DNA of 64,000 nucleotides from Parachlamydiales bacterium (GCA_020051075.1 JAGVJP010000011.1:1-64000); one strand, 5' to 3'. Counted from the stretch's first letter, positions 51,420-61,411 are shown. A program made the numbers and translations. The notes: generated from the sequence alone by a model not told the origin.

Positions 51420-51992
51420 CTAAAAATCACCAAAATCATCTGCCCAGTCCCTGAAATGTCCCCTTTCCCTTGGATTGAATGAAGAAGTATGATTTCTCTG
51501 AACTGCTCCAAACATTGAGTAAGGCTCGCTCCTGCGAAAAGAGCTTATAGGAGTTCTATTAATACTGTCATTTCTAAACCAACTTCTATTCTGCTGGAAT
51601 CGAACAGCTGCATAATTCACACCTGCGATGGAAAGTACCGGAATAGCTATCGCCAAGACAGTAATTCCAAAGGAAGAAAAACGTGAGAAGGGGAGATTGA
51701 ACAACTTTGAAACACCAATGTTGCAACCAGCCAGCGTCAAAACACCAGCAAGAACGGTAGAGCCCTTAACGGAGTATTTGAAGAGATCCGTATGCTGGAT
51801 CCGCCTACTCACACTCCTCCTGGCAAGCTGATCAACCATCGGGTGTACCCATTGTACAACACAGATTGCTAGGATAGAGCCCACATAGGTTGAAATCATC
51901 AATGTCGGGACAGCAATTTGACGAAACTGAAAGATTGCATGAAGATGATAAGAGAGTGGATAGATTGGCTGAGGAACTGTTAAAATTGACAT
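51420..51992 (-). CDS. Inc-like membrane protein, tandem paralog 1
   Basis: AVPTLMIST..NIGVSKLFNLPFSR; hydrophilic C-terminal tail. Confidence 0.75.
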   Translation of the reverse strand: MSILTVPQPIYPLSYHLHAIFQFRQIAVPTLMISTYVGSILAICVVQWVHPMVDQLARRSVSRRIQHTDLFKYSVKGSTVLAGVLTLAGCNIGVSKLFNLPFSRFSSFGITVLAIAIPVLSIAGVNYAAVRFQQNRSWFRNDSINRTPISSFRRSEPYSMFGAVQRNHTSSFNPRERGHFRDWADDFGDF

Positions 51993-52151
51993 AACATCCT
52001 AGATTTTTGAGTTATTTAAATATAGTTTAATAAACGATAAAGGCAAATCATATCATAGTTGGCTGTTATTAGCAAAGAAGAAAGTAAATAAAACAAAAGA
52101 AATTTCATAGAACAGGCATCAAGCTGTAAAAACAGTTTTCAACAATAACAC

Positions 52152-52214
52152 ACTATCCTGCCCCTATCCTCCCCATCCTGTCAATCCTGTCAATTTTTAC
52201 AGGATGGGGAGGAT
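52152..52214. repeat. Short family A-like hairpin upstream of speA
   Basis: ATCCTCCCCATCCTGT / ACAGGATGGGGAGGAT; loop TCAATTTTT as at 49272. Confidence 0.75.
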
Positions 52215-52308
52215 GGTTGGAAAATGGCCCTATTTTCTTATTTCTTTCCAAAATAGAACTTGTTATGCTTGGCAACCTTTAGCTTACCACAATAACAAGA
52301 AAGAGGCT

Positions 52309-54189
52309 ATGACAAAAACGAATCAAAATGACTACTGGATCCATCGATGGGGAGCCCCCTATTTTGGAATCAACGCAAAGGGACATGTCTTTGTGAAGCC
52401 TTACGCGAATGGCTGTGAAGGCGACCTCTATGAACTTGTCGACTCCCTGGTCCAACGAGGGATCGAAGCCCCGATCCTCATCCGCTTCGACGACATCACA
52501 TGTGATCGGATCTCCTATCTCCAAGGGGCCTTTAAAGCTGCGATCGACGAGTTTGACTATCAGAACACCTACTGCCTAGCCTTTCCGATCAAGGTCAACC
52601 CTCAATGCCAAGTGGTGGAGCTGATCGAGCAGACAGGCCAGCACCTTCAGCTTAGCCTGGAGGTGGGGAGCAAGCCGGAGCTTCTTGCAGTGATGACTTT
52701 CAGTGAAAACCTCGAAGCGCTCCTTCTCTGCAATGGGTATAAAGATGCCGAATATATCGAACTTGCTTTGATGGCACGTAAGCTTGGAAGGCGTTCCATC
52801 ATCATCATCGAACAGCCATACGAGCTTCCCATGGTTTTAGAAGTTGCCAGCCGACTCAATGTCGAAGCTGAGATCGGATTTCGGATGAAGCTTTCCAACA
52901 AAGGAGCTGGACGTTGGCAAACGTCAGGCGGCGATCTCGCAAAATTCGGGTTAAGCACGCATGAAATCGTCCTTTGCTTAGAGGAGCTTGAGAAAGCGAA
53001 CAAGAAAGACTGGCTTAAGCTGCTCCATTTTCATATTGGCAGCCAGATCACGTCGATTCAGGCGATTAAAAAGGCGTTGAGCGAGGCGTCGCGGATGTAT
53101 GCTGAGCTAGCAGCGCTCTGCCCATCCCTCTGCTACTTTGATGCCGGAGGTGGGTTGGGGATCGACTATGACGGCTCCAAGACGACAGCTGATTCTTCCA
53201 TGAACTATTCTGTCGAAGAGTATGCCAGAGACGTTGTCGCTGCGATTGGCGCTGCATGTGATAAGTCGAATTTGCCGCATCCGATCTTGATCACTGAATC
53301 TGGCCGCGCTTTAGTGGCCCACCACGCCATCCTCATCACCGAAGTCATCGATGTCGCCCCGATTCTGGACCCTGTAGACAAGCTCGACCCTCCCCCCACC
53401 GATCACGAAATCTTATCGGCACTCTACGAACTTTATGAAAATCTGACTCCAGCAGGATGTCAAGAAGCTCTACACGATGCAAACGAACTCAAAGAAGCTG
53501 TTTTGGAGAGTTTCATGTATGGAGATCTCTCACTCTTTGAACGTGCCTATGGCGAGAAGGTCTATTGGCACCTCGTTGCAAAAATATATCATCTTTCCAA
53601 AGAGTTCTCCCACATCCCGGAAGACATCGAAAAACTCAGCGAAGTGCTCTATGACACCTATTTCTGCAATTTCTCAGTCTTCCAATCGCTCCCTGATTCC
53701 TGGGCTATTGACCAGCTGTTCCCTGTGATGCCGATCCACCGCCTGAATGAAGAACCGACCCGTCGAGCAATCTTAGCTGACATGAGCTGCGACAGCGACG
53801 GCAAAATCGACCGTTTTGTCGGTAAGCGTGAGATCGAACGTCAGCTACTGCTGCACCAGCCGAATAAATCTCCTTATTACCTCGGCATCTTCCTTGTTGG
53901 GGCCTACCAAGAGATCTTGGGAGGACTCCACAACCTCTTTGGCGATGCCAACGCGGTCCATGTTGAACTTGAGAGCAATGGACAATGGAAAATTAAACAC
54001 GTCGTCGAAGGCGACACGAACGAGGAAGTTCTCTCCTATGTTCAATATAATGCGCAGCAGATCTTGAAACAGATGAGGGTTCTCATTGAAAAGGCTTTGC
54101 GGGCAGGGAGGCTGACCCAAGCTGAATCTGCTAAAGTCCAGCGAAAATTTAAGGAATCGCTTGAAAGTTATACCTATTTAACTGTTTAA
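52309..54189 (+). CDS. speA: Biosynthetic arginine decarboxylase
   Basis: FPIKVN, LEVGSKPEL, CNGYKD, LLHFHIGSQ, DAGGGLGIDYDG, TESGRA, SCDSDG, GAYQEILG. Confidence 0.96.
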   Translation: MTKTNQNDYWIHRWGAPYFGINAKGHVFVKPYANGCEGDLYELVDSLVQRGIEAPILIRFDDITCDRISYLQGAFKAAIDEFDYQNTYCLAFPIKVNPQCQVVELIEQTGQHLQLSLEVGSKPELLAVMTFSENLEALLLCNGYKDAEYIELALMARKLGRRSIIIIEQPYELPMVLEVASRLNVEAEIGFRMKLSNKGAGRWQTSGGDLAKFGLSTHEIVLCLEELEKANKKDWLKLLHFHIGSQITSIQAIKKALSEASRMYAELAALCPSLCYFDAGGGLGIDYDGSKTTADSSMNYSVEEYARDVVAAIGAACDKSNLPHPILITESGRALVAHHAILITEVIDVAPILDPVDKLDPPPTDHEILSALYELYENLTPAGCQEALHDANELKEAVLESFMYGDLSLFERAYGEKVYWHLVAKIYHLSKEFSHIPEDIEKLSEVLYDTYFCNFSVFQSLPDSWAIDQLFPVMPIHRLNEEPTRRAILADMSCDSDGKIDRFVGKREIERQLLLHQPNKSPYYLGIFLVGAYQEILGGLHNLFGDANAVHVELESNGQWKIKHVVEGDTNEEVLSYVQYNAQQILKQMRVLIEKALRAGRLTQAESAKVQRKFKESLESYTYLTV

Positions 54190-54218
54190 CACTCCGATTT
54201 AAAAGAAGGTGAAGCAAG

Positions 54219-55184
54219 ATGACAACGATTAAAAATTTCATGAAGAAGCATTTCAAACATTTCAATGCAGCCGTTTGTGTCGATGCCGCTGAAGGGTGGA
54301 TCAGACACTTGGACAAAGGAGGCAAAATGCTTGTCACTCTGGCAGGAGCGATGAGCACGGCTGAACTGGGGATATCCCTGGCTGAGATGATCAGGCAAGA
54401 TAAGGTCCATGCCATCTCCTGTACAGGAGCTAACCTGGAAGAAGATATCTTCAATTTAGTGGCCCACACCCACTACGAGAGAGTCCCACACTATCGTTAT
54501 CTCACTGCTGAAGATGAAGTCAACCTCCTCAAGAAAGGGATGAACCGGGTCACAGATACCTGCATCCCTGAAGATACAGCAATCCGACGGATTGAACAAG
54601 AGGTCTTAGAGCTTTGGCAAGCTGCTGATCGAGCTCAGAAGCGCTATTTTCCCTATGAATATATGTATCAACTACTCGATAGTGGACTCCTCGACAGGTT
54701 CTGTGAAATCGACCCCAAAAACAGCTGGCTGCTGGCTGCTAAAGAGAAAAACCTCCCTATTGTCACACCAGGATGGGAAGACTCGACCTTAGGAAATATT
54801 TTCGTGTCCCACGTTATCGCTGGAGACATCAGCACCTATAACATCATGAAATCAGGTCCTGAGCAGATGGCTGTTTTAGTCGACTGGTACAAAGCGCTCA
54901 GCTCTCACCATTCCATCGGGTTTTTCCAAATTGGAGGGGGCATCGCTGGGGATTTCCCGATCTGTGTCGTCCCTCTGATCAGGCAAGACCTGCAAGAGAA
55001 AGTCCCTTTATGGGGATACTTCTGCCAAGTCAGCGACAGCACAACTTCATTCGGGTCGTATAGCGGCGCTGTCCCGAATGAAAAGATCACCTGGGGAAAG
55101 TTGGATGCCACGACGCCGAGCTATGTCATCGAATCAGATGCGTCGATTGTCGCCCCCCTCATCTTCGCTTATGTCACAGGATGA
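54219..55184 (+). CDS. Deoxyhypusine synthase-like protein
   Basis: LAGAMSTAELG, CTGANLEED, PGWEDSTLGN, IGGGIAGDF, YSGAVPNEKITWGK. Confidence 0.92.
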   Translation: MTTIKNFMKKHFKHFNAAVCVDAAEGWIRHLDKGGKMLVTLAGAMSTAELGISLAEMIRQDKVHAISCTGANLEEDIFNLVAHTHYERVPHYRYLTAEDEVNLLKKGMNRVTDTCIPEDTAIRRIEQEVLELWQAADRAQKRYFPYEYMYQLLDSGLLDRFCEIDPKNSWLLAAKEKNLPIVTPGWEDSTLGNIFVSHVIAGDISTYNIMKSGPEQMAVLVDWYKALSSHHSIGFFQIGGGIAGDFPICVVPLIRQDLQEKVPLWGYFCQVSDSTTSFGSYSGAVPNEKITWGKLDATTPSYVIESDASIVAPLIFAYVTG

Positions 55185-55187
55185 CGC

Positions 55188-55941
55188 AACAGGATAAGCA
55201 AACAAACAGGGATAGGCAGAATAAACAAAAAAACAGGATAGGCAGGATCGCAAGCGGCAGGATGGGCAGGATAAAAAAAGATGAGAATAAGATAGAATAG
55301 GAAAAAAAATATTTCAAAATTTTGAATCATAAAAGGCTTGATCGGGGTGATGAAGCCTTTTATATTCTAATTTTCTATTTCCAAAATTAATCAACAACCC
55401 AACTAATAAACCTGAGGTTTTCAGATAATTGATTAATTGAGCTTGATGGGCGCCAATTAATGATTCGCAGCATTTCAATTCGACAATGATCATGTTTTCA
55501 ATAATAAGATCTGCCACATATACCCCAACACGTTGACCTCTAAATATAACCTCAAATCTCCTTTCCAGTTCAATCTTGAGACCTTTTTCTTCAATTGCCA
55601 TGAAAAGCGCCTGTTTATAAACCGCTTCTAAAAATCCAGATCCAAGTTCATTCATCACTTCAAAACAACACCCTAAAATCGTTTCGGTTATCGCAGAATA
55701 CATGTTCAAATTCATATGATCTTGCATATTTTTACTCTCTTTTCCTTAAGTTTATGACATTTTACATAAACATCACAATTAATCAAGTAAAAATAAATAA
55801 AACACAGAACTTTAATTTATAACATAATGATAATCAAGAAGATACATTTTATCCTATCTTATCCTGCCTATCCTGCCGCGAAGCGATCCTGCCTATCCTG
55901 TTTTTTTTGCTTATCCTGCTTATCCTGTTTTGTTATCCTGT
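55188..55941. mobile_element. Putative GxxExxY cassette bounded by family A inverted arms
   Basis: Left core 55227-55274 and right core 55859-55907 are inverted; outer CAGGATAAGC / GCTTATCCTG units; fills the gap between two convergent stop codons. Confidence 0.65.
55314..55727 (-). CDS. GxxExxY protein (PD-(D/E)xK-like fold)
   Basis: LGSGFLEAVY, ADLIIE..IIVELK, HQAQLINYLK, GLLINFG. Confidence 0.95.
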   Translation of the reverse strand: MQDHMNLNMYSAITETILGCCFEVMNELGSGFLEAVYKQALFMAIEEKGLKIELERRFEVIFRGQRVGVYVADLIIENMIIVELKCCESLIGAHQAQLINYLKTSGLLVGLLINFGNRKLEYKRLHHPDQAFYDSKF

Positions 55942-57219
55942 CTATCTTTGTTGAGGTCGCAGGAAGTAGAGGGGAATGCCGAGGACGAGGGCGCTAGAGC
56001 CCCAAAGGAGCTGGTGGCCTGTTGCATGAGTGAGGAGCCAGCCAATGCCGATGAGCGCAGCGATAGGGATCACAATAGTAAGGGAGCGCCTTAAACCATT
56101 GTGGTTTGCTCCAATCTGTTTGCGAAGTACAATGACCGCTAAACAAGTTGAGATGTATTGGACAAATCGGGCGACAACACTGACGACAGCTAACTGAGAG
56201 AAGCTACCTGAGAGCGCGAACAGCCCTGTGAAACTGACGGTGATGATGATAGCCCAGATGGGTGTGCCAAAGCGCCCTTTAGAGGCGATCCATTTCGGGA
56301 CCATGCCATCTTCCGCTAAAGCGACGCCACTGCGCGGCGTGATGAATGAAGAGGCGATGTTGATGCCTCCAATGGAAATCAGCATCGCTGCTGCCACAAT
56401 CCATTTAGCAGAGTCACCCAGAAATTTGTTTGCTGCGTCAGTAAGCGGGGCAGAGCTATCAGCCAGCGACTCCCCTAGCAATGCCATTGCAGTAAATTGG
56501 ATGAAGAAATAAAGAATCGAGCAGAGGCTGATCACTGTCATCACTGCTATCGGCAGATTTCTCTGCGGATTTTTCATTTCTCCAGCAGCGATCACTAAAC
56601 ATTCAAATCCTCCAAAAGCATAAAATATCAATAGAGCCGCCCCGCCAAACGCTGTCGATTCGAAGCTATGTTGGATGGGAGATAGGACGAAACTTTCTTG
56701 GGCGTAGAAGAGTCCAATCAGAATGAAAACCATTAATGAAAGAACTTTTGCAACAGTGACAACATTATTCAGGAATTTCAGCCCTTTAAGTCCGACGATA
56801 TTAAGTAACCCCAACAAACCGACGAGGCTGAGAATCACCAGAGAGCGGTACGGCTCATTCATCACTTCGGGCCAGACGGAGCTCAAGGCCGTGACAAAAC
56901 CAACGACAACAGCAGCCCAGGCAAAAATCCCTACCGCCCAACGCATCAATCCGATTTCGAATCCGATGAAATTGCCAAAAGCCTCTTTAGCATAGATATA
57001 AGCCCCGCCGGAACGAGTAAATAAGGAAGCACATTGAGCAAAACACCAGGCAATGCCAAGAACAAGGACGGAGACGACGAGGTAGACAGCACTGCTCCAC
57101 TCTCCTGCCAAAGCGACAACCTCTCCAGGAAGAAGAAAAATCCCCGAGCCGATGATGCCATTGATTCCAAGCAAAATCATACTCGTTAAACCTATCGTGC
57201 GGGGTGCCCCTTGACTCAT
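55942..57219 (-). CDS. APC-family amino acid/polyamine permease
   Basis: GIIGSGIF, GGAYIY, YAFGGFE, AGEMKNPQRNLP. Confidence 0.92.
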   Translation of the reverse strand: MSQGAPRTIGLTSMILLGINGIIGSGIFLLPGEVVALAGEWSSAVYLVVSVLVLGIAWCFAQCASLFTRSGGAYIYAKEAFGNFIGFEIGLMRWAVGIFAWAAVVVGFVTALSSVWPEVMNEPYRSLVILSLVGLLGLLNIVGLKGLKFLNNVVTVAKVLSLMVFILIGLFYAQESFVLSPIQHSFESTAFGGAALLIFYAFGGFECLVIAAGEMKNPQRNLPIAVMTVISLCSILYFFIQFTAMALLGESLADSSAPLTDAANKFLGDSAKWIVAAAMLISIGGINIASSFITPRSGVALAEDGMVPKWIASKGRFGTPIWAIIITVSFTGLFALSGSFSQLAVVSVVARFVQYISTCLAVIVLRKQIGANHNGLRRSLTIVIPIAALIGIGWLLTHATGHQLLWGSSALVLGIPLYFLRPQQR

Positions 57220-57251
57220 TAGTTCTCCTTAAATTATTATTAACTCTTGCC

Positions 57252-57998
57252 CTATCTTTTCGCAGCATTGACGAAGCCATCAAAAAGCTTCTGCATCACT
57301 GGATGATGGCGGTGCATCAGTTCTGGATGCCATTGAACGCCCAAAGTAAATCGGTCTCCTTCCCGCTCGATCGCTTCTATCAACTGGTCGCCTGTTTTTG
57401 CGGTGACAGCGAACCCCGGCGCGACCGCTTTGACCGCTTGGTGGTGGAACGTATTAGTTTCGATGGCAGAACTCTCTAATAAGGTGTGGAGCAATGACCC
57501 TTCAACAATATGGACAGTGTGTGCAGGAGTTTCTGGTTTGCTCTTTTGGGAGTGTTGAAGCACTGGCTGATGGTGGCTCGCAATATCTTGATAGAGCGTC
57601 CCCCCAAAAGCAATATTGAGCACTTGAATCCCGCGGCAGATGCCGAGAATGGGCTTGTTCATCTGGTGGGTCATTTTCACTAATGCAAGTTCATGCACAT
57701 CCCGTTCGAGCAACACGGCTCCTAAAGAAGGCTCAGGTTGTTCTCCATAATAGCTCGGCGCAACATCTTGTCCGCCAGAGAGAAGCAATCCATCGATCAA
57801 TTCGACTTGAGCCATCACTTGCTCATCGGAGTCGACGATAGGTAAAATGATAGGGATCCCCCCTGCCAATGCAATGGCTTTGACATAATCATAAACAACC
57901 GTGACTTTTTCCCGTCCGGTACAGGTTCCTGTTTCGATCATTCCCAAATTTGAAGAAATTCCAATCACAGGTCGAGTAAATTTAATATTCTTGCTCAT
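57252..57998 (-). CDS. Peptidase C26 / gamma-glutamyl-GABA hydrolase family (PuuD-like)
   Basis: LLSGGQDV, LGICRGIQ, NTFHHQAV, GVQWHPE. Confidence 0.9.
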   Translation of the reverse strand: MSKNIKFTRPVIGISSNLGMIETGTCTGREKVTVVYDYVKAIALAGGIPIILPIVDSDEQVMAQVELIDGLLLSGGQDVAPSYYGEQPEPSLGAVLLERDVHELALVKMTHQMNKPILGICRGIQVLNIAFGGTLYQDIASHHQPVLQHSQKSKPETPAHTVHIVEGSLLHTLLESSAIETNTFHHQAVKAVAPGFAVTAKTGDQLIEAIEREGDRFTLGVQWHPELMHRHHPVMQKLFDGFVNAAKR

Positions 57999-58102
57999 AT
58001 AACATTCACTTTAATTTAGATACGTTCGTTCATTAAATAATTTATTTTAGCAAATAAATTTTATAAAATCAATATTAATTATATTGAAACATATAAAACC
58101 AG

Positions 58103-59488
58103 CTATAATGACAGTGTTTTCCATTTTTCCCCGCGGAAGCGTAAAAAATAGATCGTCGCAGCAGCGATTGCATAGAGTGCAATGCACATCCATGTAATAT
58201 TAGGAGGCGCCCCTAAATGATAGACAAAAAGGTAAACGGGTAACAGAGCCAATACAATAGGAACCGATCCACCCACCTTCATGATGAAGCGGGTATCCCC
58301 TGCTGCGGTCAATAACCCGATCAGCAGCCAGCTGATGCCATCGAAGAGAAAGTAGATCCAAACCCAAAAACAGGCTCCTTTCAGCGTTTCATGCACTGCT
58401 GGGGAGATCATATCCGCTTCAGGGATGAACCAACGGATAAGTGGATCCGGATGCCATGCAAGAAGGAACCCAAGGACAACGAAGGCGATGCCATAGAATT
58501 TCACCCCTGAACCAAGCAGCTTCCACACAAGGTGGTGCTGATTTGACCCAATAAAATTTGAAGCGATCGCTGTCGCTCCCTTAGACATCCCTTCAGTCAT
58601 AAAAGTAAAGAGGAAGAGAATACTCTGGGCAATGGTAACCACGGTAATATAATCTGAACCTAAACGAGTCATCAGATCGAAGATCATCACCCATGCAAAG
58701 ATTTCGACGCTATGGGCAACAGCATTCGGCAAACCAATGAATAAACATGTATTGAACAGCCGCTTATTAAATCGCCAACGCCCAGTTCCATATTTCTCCC
58801 GATTTCGCCGACTGAGGAAAACATAAAGAAGGAGTCCAGCTTGGAAGGTCTGGGAAATCCCTGTTGCCCAAGCTGCCCCAGAAATTCCTTGAGCTGGGAT
58901 GAAAGGATCGATGCCGAAAATCAAGATCCAATCTAAGGTGATATTCATCACATTAGCCATTAGCATGACATAAGTGACAAATCTGACCTTCCCCCTTCCA
59001 ATGTAGAAAGCTGAAAGAGCCGCCGATATCGCGGCAATGGGGATGAAGCAGGTGAGGATTTTAAAATATTGGATTTCGAGGGATAAATAGGTCTCATTGA
59101 AGAAGAGATACGGACCGGCAAAAAGTCCAATCGGAATGTAAAGCAGCGCCGTTGCCACAGCAAGCCAGATCATTTGCCACACCGGCTGGCCTAGCTTGTG
59201 ATAGCGTTGAGCGCCGTTGTAACGGCCAACGAAGACTTCAGCGATGCTCGCCGTTGCAATGGTCCAAAACTGAAGAAACTGTGTCACCGCACCAGCATGT
59301 GCAGAAGCGTTTAACGAATCGAGGGAATAGTGGGCGAGAAATAGCCGATCCAGAAACAGCATCAAGCTCACAGACATCAACGAGATGACTAAGGGGAAGG
59401 CGATATGCCAGAGTTCTCTTAATGAACCCTGCGGATATGTTGTCAATTTTTTTCCTGTTATCGCAACAGCTTGACTTTCAGTCATCAA
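58103..59488 (-). CDS. MATE-family efflux transporter
   Basis: IAFPLVIS, DRLFLAH, NITLDWILIFG, GISGAAWAT, AAGDTRF. Confidence 0.9.
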   Translation of the reverse strand: MMTESQAVAITGKKLTTYPQGSLRELWHIAFPLVISLMSVSLMLFLDRLFLAHYSLDSLNASAHAGAVTQFLQFWTIATASIAEVFVGRYNGAQRYHKLGQPVWQMIWLAVATALLYIPIGLFAGPYLFFNETYLSLEIQYFKILTCFIPIAAISAALSAFYIGRGKVRFVTYVMLMANVMNITLDWILIFGIDPFIPAQGISGAAWATGISQTFQAGLLLYVFLSRRNREKYGTGRWRFNKRLFNTCLFIGLPNAVAHSVEIFAWVMIFDLMTRLGSDYITVVTIAQSILFLFTFMTEGMSKGATAIASNFIGSNQHHLVWKLLGSGVKFYGIAFVVLGFLLAWHPDPLIRWFIPEADMISPAVHETLKGACFWVWIYFLFDGISWLLIGLLTAAGDTRFIMKVGGSVPIVLALLPVYLFVYHLGAPPNITWMCIALYAIAAATIYFLRFRGEKWKTLSL

Positions 59489-59638
59489 AATTCCTAATCA
59501 GTAAGATGGAAAAATTCAGGCGGGTGTCAGCTTGAGTGATGTTGTACCGACATCCCTATCAGCGAACGTAGAAGGTATCAAGTCACTTAATCATCGTTTC
59601 CTCATCTTAGATGAAATGGCTCTACTTGTCAACTAGAG

Positions 59639-59868
59639 AAGGGACCTAAGGGAAAGGGACAAGGGACCTAAATGACCTAAGGGACCTAAAAAGGGACGTA
59701 AGGGACAATATTACACTTAAGTGAGCAACCTGGTCTAGCGACATTCGCGAGTCTGACCAGTAAGAAAGAAATCTCGTTAAATTTGATGATCTGTCCCTTA
59801 TGTCCCTTTTTAGGTCCCTTTGGTCCCTTAGGTCGTTTAGGTCCCTTGTCCCTTTCCTTTAGGTCCTT
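59639..59868. repeat. Family B element (GGGAC 8-10 bp units)
   Basis: Arms 59639-59707 / 59792-59868; right arm closely matches 26779-26857; fragment at 47499-47520. Confidence 0.9.
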
Positions 59869-59979
59869 TTTATGTGTTATCATCACAAGTCTTAATCAAT
59901 AATTAACAATAAAGCAATAATTAATTATTGAAACACTATTATTATTAATTACATGTTTTATTTTATAATCAGAGGTTTT

Positions 59980-61308
59980 ATGAACAATATCCTAAAAAAA
60001 TTAATCCTATTTTTCTGTATAATCTTACCAACCATTCAGCTACCAGCAATGACAACTGAACAAGACAAAATCGTCAATTCTGATGGGGAGGTCATCGAAC
60101 TTAAAGGGGTGAATTGGTTTGGTTTTAACAACCAGCAAACGATGGTTGATGGATTATGGGATAGCCATCCACTCAAAAAAGATTTTGCTCTCATCGTTCA
60201 CAGAATGAAGGGACTTGGGTTCAATGCAGTCAGACTTCCCTTTAGTTTCAAAGATCTCTATTCAGTCCAACCACGACGCTTCAATGTTCCCTGTTCATCT
60301 CTACCCTCCCTTGCGGACATACAGTCAAGCATCACTCCCCCATTCTATCAAAATCATGGAAACACAATCCCCCCTTTAGCCTCTCCTCCAGATCGTTCAT
60401 CAGGACAATGCAACGGCTACCTGCCTAATGACAGCACATTCAACCGCTTTGTCTGGGTTGTCGACTTCTTCGCAAGGAATGGATTCTATGTCCTCATCGA
60501 CAACCACTTAAGAGAAGATCAAACCGCCCTCGAGAACCCCGATCTATGGGTTCACCAATGGGTAGAACTCGTGACAGCTATCGAAGCTAGTCCAGCAGCA
60601 AGAGGCCGTTTAATGATCGATCTCTTGAATGAGCCTGATAACTATGGACTCCGATGGGAATCTACCGACTCTCGAATGGGATTAGGTGACTATTATCTCA
60701 AAGCCATGGATGCCATCTATGCAGTCAACCCTTCTGCCTTATTCATGATCGAAGGGACGGGTCAAAGCGGACTCAATGCCAACTGGGGAGATGGTTTTGC
60801 AACAGATCCTCAGCTCATCGCTCAGAAAGGACTAAGCGATCCAAACCCCTTTTTTACAAAATTAATCGACAAACCTTATGTCAACCAGGTCGTCATCTCA
60901 CCTCACATCTATCCCCCATCGGTCACACATGCAGGAAGCGATTTTTCAGGTGCTGACCTCGCAGGACGATTAACAGATTCTTTTGGATATCTCACTAAAC
61001 AAGGATATTGCACGAACAGCCAATGCCACATCTTCCCAGTCGCTGTCGGCGAATTCGGCTCTAAATTTGATGATGCAAAGGATCGATTATCTATGAACGA
61101 CATCGCCCGCTACTTTAACAATCAGGGTGCACTTAACGACGGGAAACATATGCCGATCACCGATTGGTTTTACTGGTCCTGGAACGCCAATAGTGGAGAC
61201 ACTGGCGGGATCGTGACAGACGACTGGTTGACGATTCAATGGAATAAGATCGACTATCTAAAAACAGTCGGCTTGCGGCCTTGGTACTCAGAGGATTCAA
61301 TGAAATAG
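59980..61308 (+). CDS. Secreted glycoside hydrolase family 5
   Basis: Signal peptide, GVNWFGF, GFNAVRLPF, NEP acid/base, SPHIYP, GEFG nucleophile, YWSWN. Confidence 0.9.
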   Translation: MNNILKKLILFFCIILPTIQLPAMTTEQDKIVNSDGEVIELKGVNWFGFNNQQTMVDGLWDSHPLKKDFALIVHRMKGLGFNAVRLPFSFKDLYSVQPRRFNVPCSSLPSLADIQSSITPPFYQNHGNTIPPLASPPDRSSGQCNGYLPNDSTFNRFVWVVDFFARNGFYVLIDNHLREDQTALENPDLWVHQWVELVTAIEASPAARGRLMIDLLNEPDNYGLRWESTDSRMGLGDYYLKAMDAIYAVNPSALFMIEGTGQSGLNANWGDGFATDPQLIAQKGLSDPNPFFTKLIDKPYVNQVVISPHIYPPSVTHAGSDFSGADLAGRLTDSFGYLTKQGYCTNSQCHIFPVAVGEFGSKFDDAKDRLSMNDIARYFNNQGALNDGKHMPITDWFYWSWNANSGDTGGIVTDDWLTIQWNKIDYLKTVGLRPWYSEDSMK

Positions 61309-61411
61309 GGTGACAGTTCAGATACGCCCCATTTTTTAACGCAAAGAAGCAAAAGAGGCGCAAAGACCCAAAGAGAACTGAAATTATTAATAATTACGAA
61401 ATAGATAAAAA

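Noticed and set aside
47433..52200. tRNA-anchored genomic island
   Set aside because: No integrase and no duplicated tRNA 3' end seen; the accessory genes lie on the 5' side of the tRNA
59490..59620. FMN or ZTP riboswitch before the MATE gene
   Set aside because: Only short fragments resemble the consensus (GTGACT, CCGCCTG); the core motifs are not matched
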